Source: Mycobacterium tuberculosis H37Rv (lineage in GTDB: Bacteria > Actinomycetota > Actinomycetes > Mycobacteriales > Mycobacteriaceae). From it: a stretch of 32,000 nt of DNA. A program made the translations under genes and the position numbers. The stretch covers positions 750,001 through 782,000 of the forward strand of contig NC_000962.3 of the NCBI RefSeq assembly GCF_000195955.2, given 5' to 3'. The notes under the pieces were generated by a model, which saw nothing but the letters and a program-made list of their open reading frames with translations, was not told the DNA's origin and ran no database searches. Below are positions 1-6,136 of this stretch, in pieces. The first letter of the stretch is position 1. Each line of letters starts with the position of its first letter.

Positions 1-1505
1 TGACCACCGCACAAGCCGCCGAATCCCAAAACCCATATCTCGAGGGCTTCCTGGCGCCGGTGAGCACCGAGGTAACTGCCACCGACCTGCCGGTCACCGG
101 CCGCATTCCGGAACACCTCGACGGGCGTTATCTGCGTAACGGCCCCAACCCGGTCGCGGAGGTCGACCCGGCCACCTACCACTGGTTCACCGGCGACGCC
201 ATGGTGCACGGAGTCGCGCTGCGCGACGGGAAGGCCCGCTGGTATCGCAATCGCTGGGTCCGCACACCCGCGGTGTGCGCCGCCCTGGGCGAGCCCATTT
301 CGGCCCGGCCTCACCCGCGCACCGGGATTATCGAGGGCGGTCCCAACACCAACGTGCTGACCCACGCCGGACGCACCCTGGCCTTGGTTGAGGCCGGCGT
401 GGTCAACTACGAACTCACCGATGAGCTGGACACCGTGGGACCCTGTGACTTCGACGGCACCCTGCACGGCGGTTACACCGCCCATCCGCAGCGTGATCCG
501 CACACGGGTGAACTGCACGCGGTGTCCTACTCGTTCGCCCGCGGACACAGAGTGCAGTACTCGGTGATCGGCACCGACGGACACGCTCGTCGGACGGTTG
601 ATATCGAGGTGGCGGGATCGCCGATGATGCACAGCTTCTCCCTGACCGACAACTACGTGGTGATCTACGACCTGCCGGTGACCTTCGACCCAATGCAGGT
701 GGTGCCGGCGTCCGTGCCACGCTGGCTGCAACGGCCCGCCAGGTTGGTGATCCAGTCGGTCCTGGGCCGTGTCCGCATCCCCGACCCGATAGCGGCGTTG
801 GGCAACCGGATGCAGGGTCACTCCGATCGCCTCCCGTACGCCTGGAACCCCAGCTACCCGGCGCGCGTCGGTGTCATGCCGCGCGAGGGTGGCAACGAGG
901 ACGTGCGGTGGTTCGACATCGAACCCTGCTACGTATACCACCCACTTAACGCCTACTCGGAGTGCCGGAACGGCGCTGAGGTGCTGGTGTTGGACGTGGT
1001 GCGCTACTCACGGATGTTTGATCGCGACCGGCGGGGTCCCGGCGGTGACAGCCGGCCCTCGCTGGATCGCTGGACCATCAACCTGGCGACCGGTGCGGTG
1101 ACCGCCGAATGCCGCGACGATCGGGCGCAGGAGTTTCCCCGCATCAACGAGACTCTGGTGGGTGGGCCGCATCGCTTCGCCTACACCGTCGGCATCGAGG
1201 GTGGGTTTCTCGTCGGCGCCGGCGCTGCGTTGTCGACTCCGCTGTATAAACAGGACTGCGTGACCGGGTCCAGCACGGTCGCCTCGCTCGATCCCGACCT
1301 GCTGATCGGCGAGATGGTGTTCGTGCCGAACCCGTCGGCGCGTGCAGAAGATGACGGGATTCTCATGGGCTACGGCTGGCACCGCGGCCGCGACGAAGGC
1401 CAGCTGCTCTTGCTGGATGCCCAGACTCTCGAGTCGATCGCCACCGTGCACCTGCCACAGCGTGTGCCGATGGGCTTCCACGGCAACTGGGCGCCGACCA
1501 CCTGA
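1..1505 (+). CDS. Carotenoid cleavage oxygenase (CCD/RPE65 family; Rv0654-like). The 5' end is clipped by the window edge.
   Basis: The ORF-track ORF 60..1505 stays open in the same frame back to base 3 (TTAQAAESQNPYLEGFLAP-VSTEV...). Bases 1-2 'tg' look like the end of the ATG. The translation carries CCD His-containing blocks: HWFTGDAMVHG, TAHPQRDPHTGELH, MMHSFSLTDNYVVIYD, FHGNWAP. Confidence 0.9.
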   Translation, partial: TTAQAAESQNPYLEGFLAPVSTEVTATDLPVTGRIPEHLDGRYLRNGPNPVAEVDPATYHWFTGDAMVHGVALRDGKARWYRNRWVRTPAVCAALGEPISARPHPRTGIIEGGPNTNVLTHAGRTLALVEAGVVNYELTDELDTVGPCDFDGTLHGGYTAHPQRDPHTGELHAVSYSFARGHRVQYSVIGTDGHARRTVDIEVAGSPMMHSFSLTDNYVVIYDLPVTFDPMQVVPASVPRWLQRPARLVIQSVLGRVRIPDPIAALGNRMQGHSDRLPYAWNPSYPARVGVMPREGGNEDVRWFDIEPCYVYHPLNAYSECRNGAEVLVLDVVRYSRMFDRDRRGPGGDSRPSLDRWTINLATGAVTAECRDDRAQEFPRINETLVGGPHRFAYTVGIEGGFLVGAGAALSTPLYKQDCVTGSSTVASLDPDLLIGEMVFVPNPSARAEDDGILMGYGWHRGRDEGQLLLLDAQTLESIATVHLPQRVPMGFHGNWAPTT

Positions 1506-1516
1506 CGGCGCCTCGG

Positions 1517-2596
1517 GTGCGATACAGTGACTCATACCACACAACGGGCCGGTGGCAGCCACGAGCGTCGACAGAAGGGTTTCCCATGGGCGTCAGCATC
1601 GAGGTCAACGGACTAACGAAGTCCTTCGGGTCCTCGAGGATCTGGGAAGATGTCACGCTAACGATCCCCGCCGGGGAGGTCAGCGTGCTGCTGGGCCCAT
1701 CGGGTACCGGCAAATCGGTGTTTCTGAAATCTCTGATCGGCCTCCTGCGGCCGGAGCGCGGCTCGATCATCATCGACGGCACCGACATCATCGAATGCTC
1801 GGCCAAGGAGCTTTACGAGATCCGCACATTGTTCGGCGTGCTGTTTCAGGACGGTGCCCTGTTCGGGTCGATGAACCTCTACGACAACACCGCGTTCCCC
1901 CTGCGTGAGCACACCAAGAAAAAGGAAAGCGAGATCCGTGACATCGTCATGGAGAAGCTGGCCCTAGTCGGCCTGGGTGGGGACGAGAAGAAGTTCCCCG
2001 GCGAGATCTCCGGCGGGATGCGTAAGCGTGCCGGCCTAGCGCGTGCCCTGGTCCTTGACCCGCAGATCATTCTCTGCGACGAGCCCGACTCGGGTCTGGA
2101 CCCGGTTCGTACCGCCTACCTGAGCCAGCTGATCATGGACATCAACGCCCAGATCGACGCCACCATCCTGATCGTGACGCACAACATCAACATCGCCCGC
2201 ACCGTGCCGGACAACATGGGCATGTTGTTCCGCAAGCATTTGGTGATGTTCGGGCCGCGGGAGGTGCTACTCACCAGCGACGAGCCGGTGGTGCGGCAGT
2301 TCCTCAACGGCCGGCGCATCGGCCCGATCGGCATGTCCGAGGAGAAGGACGAGGCCACCATGGCCGAAGAGCAGGCCCTGCTCGATGCCGGCCACCACGC
2401 GGGCGGTGTCGAGGAAATCGAGGGCGTGCCGCCGCAGATCAGCGCGACACCGGGCATGCCGGAGCGCAAAGCGGTCGCCCGGCGTCAGGCTCGGGTTCGC
2501 GAGATGTTGCACACGCTGCCCAAAAAGGCCCAGGCGGCGATCCTCGACGATCTCGAGGGCACGCACAAGTACGCGGTGCACGAAATCGGCCAGTAA
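1517..2596 (+). CDS. mkl: ABC-transporter ATPase Mkl/MceG (Rv0655-like)
   Basis: 359-aa ORF with Walker A GPSGTGKS, signature ISGGMRKR, Walker B ILCDEPDSGLD and H-loop VTHN. The start is ambiguous. GTG 1517 gives the longest ORF. ATG 1586 (MGVSIEVNGL...) is preceded by GAAGGG and coincides with the start of the ABC domain. Confidence 0.9.
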   Translation: MRYSDSYHTTGRWQPRASTEGFPMGVSIEVNGLTKSFGSSRIWEDVTLTIPAGEVSVLLGPSGTGKSVFLKSLIGLLRPERGSIIIDGTDIIECSAKELYEIRTLFGVLFQDGALFGSMNLYDNTAFPLREHTKKKESEIRDIVMEKLALVGLGGDEKKFPGEISGGMRKRAGLARALVLDPQIILCDEPDSGLDPVRTAYLSQLIMDINAQIDATILIVTHNINIARTVPDNMGMLFRKHLVMFGPREVLLTSDEPVVRQFLNGRRIGPIGMSEEKDEATMAEEQALLDAGHHAGGVEEIEGVPPQISATPGMPERKAVARRQARVREMLHTLPKKAQAAILDDLEGTHKYAVHEIGQ

Positions 2597-2983
2597 GGCG
2601 CGCGGGGATGCGACCGCCGGACCGCCGCAATCGGATGATTTCGCGTAACTTGCCGCATATCACCCGGAGACCGAATCGGGTCGGCCGCTGGAGGCGGCGC
2701 CTGTTCGGGAGCTGATCACGCAACGTTTGTATCTGCTGCCGACCTTCCGTTGGCGGCTCGCGTAGGTGGCACAGTCCGCGAAGTGCTTGGGCCGCTGATC
2801 AAGGCGCTCCCGGAGCACAATCCAGACATGTCAGGCCGTCACCGACGCACAGGCGACGGCCCTCGAGCAGCGTGGGAAGAGCCGGGCTCGTCGAGTGGAT
2901 CACACATTTCGAGGCGCTCTCGTGTATCGAGCGGCACATCAGCCATGCGTGTCTCCTTGTCCTGCCTTCTCCAGAGGAAACCG

Positions 2984-3367
2984 CTAGTCGTCGGCGCTGA
3001 CGACCCTCCGCACTCTGATGTCGGGAAGGTGACGCTCTGCGAGTTCGTAGTCGGCATCGTCGTGGAGGACTACTAGGCCCCTGGCCGCCGCAGTGTCGCA
3101 GATCAGCAGATCGACAACCGACAGGGCACCCACCGCTCCCGCCCGGGCGAGGCGGTGCTGTGCCGAATCGATCCACCGCCACACGGATTTCGGCACTGGC
3201 ACATCGGGGTAGACGTCACCAAACATCCGGCTCATCTGGTCGAACTCGTCCGCATTCCGCGCTGATCGGCAGAACTCGGCTCGTTGCGGTTCGCACGACC
3301 CGACGGCCCGCTGAGCAGCGCGGAGTTCCAGGCCTCGGTGGGTTCCGGTTGTCGTTGCAGCCGCCAA
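2984..3367 (-). CDS. vapC6: PIN-domain toxin VapC6 (Rv0656c-like). The ORF as it stands lacks the N-terminal catalytic segment (see finding).
   Basis: 127-aa ORF with a TTG start. It contains the PIN blocks EPQRAEF, VVDLLICDTAAA and LHDDADYE but no N-terminal (L/V)D(S/T)S motif. That motif lies upstream in another frame (3399..3232). Confidence 0.75.
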   Translation of the reverse strand: MAAATTTGTHRGLELRAAQRAVGSCEPQRAEFCRSARNADEFDQMSRMFGDVYPDVPVPKSVWRWIDSAQHRLARAGAVGALSVVDLLICDTAAARGLVVLHDDADYELAERHLPDIRVRRVVSADD

Positions 3368-3461
3368 ACCGCTGAGGAATCCACCAGGAAATAGATCAAA
3401 TCCCGAGGGCCTTCTCGTCGTCCCGCGCGGCCACCCAGCCCTTGTAGTCCCAGCCTTTCGC

Positions 3462-3617
3462 CTACTCGCGCGAGCGGGCCAGGGCCTCGATGCGCCGAAA
3501 CCGTTCGACGTAATCGCGCATCGCGAGGTTCACGGCTTCCTTCTTTGTGTGCACGGCGGCGATGCGCATCACATCGGCCAGCGCTTCGTCGTCGAGGTCG
3601 ATCTGGGTCACCGACAC
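3462..3617 (-). CDS. vapB6: Ribbon-helix-helix type antitoxin VapB6 (Rv0657c-like), 51 aa. Below the ORF-track size cut-off.
   Basis: Hand translation: GTG 3617..3615 preceded by GGAGG (plus strand 3623-3627), then VSVTQIDLDDEALADVMRIAAVHTKKEAVNLAMRDYVERFRRIEALARSRE, then TAG 3464..3462. The IDLDDEL-type N-terminus is typical of VapB antitoxins. Confidence 0.8.
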   Translation of the reverse strand: MSVTQIDLDDEALADVMRIAAVHTKKEAVNLAMRDYVERFRRIEALARSRE

Positions 3618-3692
3618 GACGGCCTCCTATGTTGAAGACATATCACATAAACATACGTAACCAACATCGCGAGGAGACCGTCTCGCGCCTGC

Positions 3693-4409
3693 TCAGGGCA
3701 ACGATATGGCGCCAGTCAGACCAAGCAGCAATACGATCCCGGGCAATAGGTTGGTCACTTGGTGCGTGACGATGCTGGCCAGTAGACCGCCGGAATAGAA
3801 CCGTGCCAGCGCGATCGGGATGGCCACCACCACCAGCAGTGGAGCTCGGGCGAACTCGAGATGGGCCAATGCGAAGACCACGGTGGTAACCACCAGCGCC
3901 GCCCACCGACCCCAGCGCCGATCCACAGCACCCCAGAGCAGCCCGCGGTAGATGATCTCTTCGCACAGTGGCGCGACGAACACCACGACCAGAAAGACGA
4001 CCAGCGCCCACGGCCAGGACGCCCGAACGCCACCGAAAATCCTTACTACAGCGGAATTCGCTTCTGGCCCAACGATAGCGGTGTAGACCAGCGACGCCGG
4101 AATCGTGACCAGCATTCCGCCGAAACCGAACATCAACCCGAGCCGCAGTCCGCGCCACGACCAGCGCAGCCGCAAGTCGGTGCGGAGGCCGTTGCCGCGG
4201 AGCCTGGTGATGAGGATGGCCAGCCCGGCGGCGACCACCGTGGGGGCGGCTAGCGCAAGGGCCAGCACCCCGGCAGACACCGGGCCGTGACCGGTAAGGA
4301 CAACCGCTAACGAAGTCGAGGCGACCAGGAATACCAGCTCGACGACCAAGAAGGCCCCAAGTCCCCAGCGGTGACTGGGGGCTACGGTATCGGCACGGCC
4401 CGCTTCCAC
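3693..4409 (-). CDS. CPBP-family (CAAX/Abi-type) intramembrane glutamic protease, polytopic membrane protein (Rv0658c-like)
   Basis: 238-aa hydrophobic ORF carrying the CPBP motifs EEIIYRG (EExxxR), FALAH (FxxxH) and a distal HQVTN. Confidence 0.85.
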   Translation of the reverse strand: MEAGRADTVAPSHRWGLGAFLVVELVFLVASTSLAVVLTGHGPVSAGVLALALAAPTVVAAGLAILITRLRGNGLRTDLRLRWSWRGLRLGLMFGFGGMLVTIPASLVYTAIVGPEANSAVVRIFGGVRASWPWALVVFLVVVFVAPLCEEIIYRGLLWGAVDRRWGRWAALVVTTVVFALAHLEFARAPLLVVVAIPIALARFYSGGLLASIVTHQVTNLLPGIVLLLGLTGAISLP

Positions 4410-4684
4410 GGCTCCGACGGTATCGAAGTGTCACCGCCACCGGCGCTGACGTCGAGCCGGCGGACGGCCGGCTGCTACGCGCGCGGTACCTCGTCGGGCG
4501 GATCGGGTTCGGTCGATCGACGCGAAATATGTTGGCGACTGGCAACTTCCGGTGCTTGCCACGGTCTCAACTCTCACCGCCGTGTTGATCCGGACCGACG
4601 GATGTGTCGCCGAACCGACCATATCGTGGGCTTGCTGACGCGCTCATCAGTCGGTTCGGGTGGCCACGTGCAACCAGCCCCCGC

Positions 4685-4993
4685 TCAACACCCCGTGCTC
4701 GCCCGGAGTGTTTGACAGGCTTCGTGCAGGCGGGCCGGGGACAGCCGGGTGATGCGGCGTCGGAATGCGGTGCGTGGCAACGTATGAATGTTGTCGAAGT
4801 TGACGACGCAGTCGCTCGGAACACGGTTTTCGACGGCCGTGAGCTCCAATTCCGACACCAGGCCTCGGCGGGTGCGGGTTAGGGCCACCACAACGACCGC
4901 GCCGATGCGGTCTGCCACCGGATCTCTGGTAAGGACAAGTACTGGTCTGTCACCACCAGGTGTGGCGGCAAACCACAATTCACCGCGCCGCAT
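4685..4993 (-). CDS. mazF2: MazF-family endoribonuclease toxin MazF2 (Rv0659c-like)
   Basis: 102-aa ORF, MRRGELWFA...GDRPVLVLTRD...VVVALTRTRRG, matching the PemK/MazF fold pattern. It overlaps the upstream antitoxin ORF by 14 nt. Confidence 0.9.
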   Translation of the reverse strand: MRRGELWFAATPGGDRPVLVLTRDPVADRIGAVVVVALTRTRRGLVSELELTAVENRVPSDCVVNFDNIHTLPRTAFRRRITRLSPARLHEACQTLRASTGC

Positions 4994-5231
4994 CGGCCCA
5001 GTCGGCCCAGTCCTCCGCCGGCCCCCAGTCGGCGATCTCAGCCAGTGCGTTCTCGTCGTCCGTCAACGGTCGCTCGGTGTAGGCCTGGACATCCTGGTCC
5101 GCGGCCAGCGCGGCCAAGTGACGTCGCAGCGCATCGCGCAGCAGCTCGGAGCGGCCGATGTGTAGGCGACGCGCCCACGCGTCGGCCAGGTCGACGTCGT
5201 GGTCGTCGGCGCGGAAGCTGAGCATCGTCAT
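4980..5231 (-). CDS. mazE2: Antitoxin MazE2 (Rv0660c-like)
   Basis: 83-aa ORF from ATG 5231, or 81 aa from the next ATG at 5225. It has an acidic C-terminal tail (DWGPAEDWADWADAA). It sits directly upstream of mazF2 and overlaps it. Confidence 0.85.
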   Translation of the reverse strand: MTMLSFRADDHDVDLADAWARRLHIGRSELLRDALRRHLAALAADQDVQAYTERPLTDDENALAEIADWGPAEDWADWADAAR

Positions 5232-5254
5232 ACATCGAGTTTAGAGCGTATGAC
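5227..5254 (-). promoter_or_regulatory. Candidate mazE2 promoter/operator: inverted repeat GTCATAC-N14-GTATGAC enclosing a -10 TAAACT, with leaderless geometry
   Basis: Arms at 5227-5233 and 5248-5254 are exact reverse complements. On the minus strand TAAACT (5243..5238) is followed by 6 nt and then the A of ATG 5231, placing the hexamer at -12..-7. Confidence 0.4.
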
Positions 5255-5264
5255 ATTGTCGGCC

Positions 5265-5326
5265 GGCGAGCAGACGCATAAGCCCCCGCACGCTCGGCGT
5301 GTCGGGGGCTTATGCGACTGCTCGCC
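5265..5326. terminator. Long hairpin repeat (24-bp arms, one mismatch) between the vapC7 stop and the mazE2 promoter. Probable factor-independent terminator and dispersed repeat.
   Basis: Left arm ggcgagcagacgcataagcccccg (5265-5288) pairs with right arm cgggggcttatgcgactgctcgcc (5303-5326), with a single A:A mismatch (5274/5317). The hairpin ends 9 nt from the vapC7 stop. No U/T tract on either side. Confidence 0.6.
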
Positions 5327-5334
5327 CGGGGCCG

Positions 5335-5772
5335 TCAGCGGTCGCCGAGCAGGCTGACCATCCCGGCCGCGTCGGGAATGACGTGCACGACATCCGACAG
5401 ATCGGCGAACGCCGGGTCAGCCGAGACAAGAGCGGTCGCGCCGGCGCTTGCGGCAACCGCCGCGAGCACCGCGTCGCAGGCTTCAAGCCCTGGCGTTGTC
5501 TCGAACAGCGTCAGGCCGCGCTTCGAGGTGGCCTCGATTGATGGTGAGTAGCGGCGAGAGCAGTTCGGCATAGTCACACGGCCCAGCGCGGCGGCGTCGC
5601 TGCGGTCGCGCCGGCGGGCGCGTACGTGGACGAACTCCTGGATCACCTCGGCGGTGGTGGTCGCAGCGATGCGTTCGTCGGCGATTGCCGCGACGAGATC
5701 GCGGCAGGGATCGCGGAGTGGATGCTCGGCGCCTTTGGCATAGACGAGGACGGTGGTGTCGAGCACTATCAT
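5335..5772 (-). CDS. vapC7: PIN-domain toxin VapC7 (Rv0661c-like)
   Basis: 145-aa [15 protein letters not shown]... (first Asp), [24 protein letters not shown]. Its ATG overlaps the vapB7 stop in an ATGA (5769-5772). Confidence 0.9.
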
Positions 5773-6023
5773 CCGCGGCGCGCCCGGAGGGCCTCGAGTT
5801 CCTGCTTCAGCTCCCGCGGCTCGGGAACGGACATGTCGGCGGCGTCGAGCAGGCGCCTGCCCGCGGACTTGCGGCGACCGGCGGGGCTGACGAGGCCTCG
5901 ATCAATGGCCTCACGCACGACGGTTGCGACCGGGACGCCTCGCTCGCGCGCCACCGCGGTGATGCGGCGGTGGCACTCGTCGTCGAGCAGGATCTGGAGC
6001 CGATGCGCCAGACGCATGCTCAT
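5769..6023 (-). CDS. vapB7: Ribbon-helix-helix (CopG-like) antitoxin VapB7 (Rv0662c-like)
   Basis: The ORF-track ORF runs 5769..6149, but I call the internal ATG 6023 ([29 protein letters not shown]..., 84 aa). The longer form would run into the divergent atsD start and adds only low-complexity sequence. Confidence 0.8.
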
Positions 6024-6136
6024 ACATTTAGCATGCTGAAATTTGGGCGGCGGCTGCCATTGCGGTCGCGTTGACCCGCGGACGGCCCAGACGCTGCGGT
6101 TGTAGCGTCGATAGGCACGCGTATTAGGGAGGAACA

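Noticed and set aside
3643-4545. 300-aa minus-strand ORF overlapping the CPBP protease gene in another frame
   Set aside because: The translation is Arg/Pro/Gly-rich and non-hydrophobic. The alternative frame (3693..4409) carries all the CPBP motifs and TM helices.
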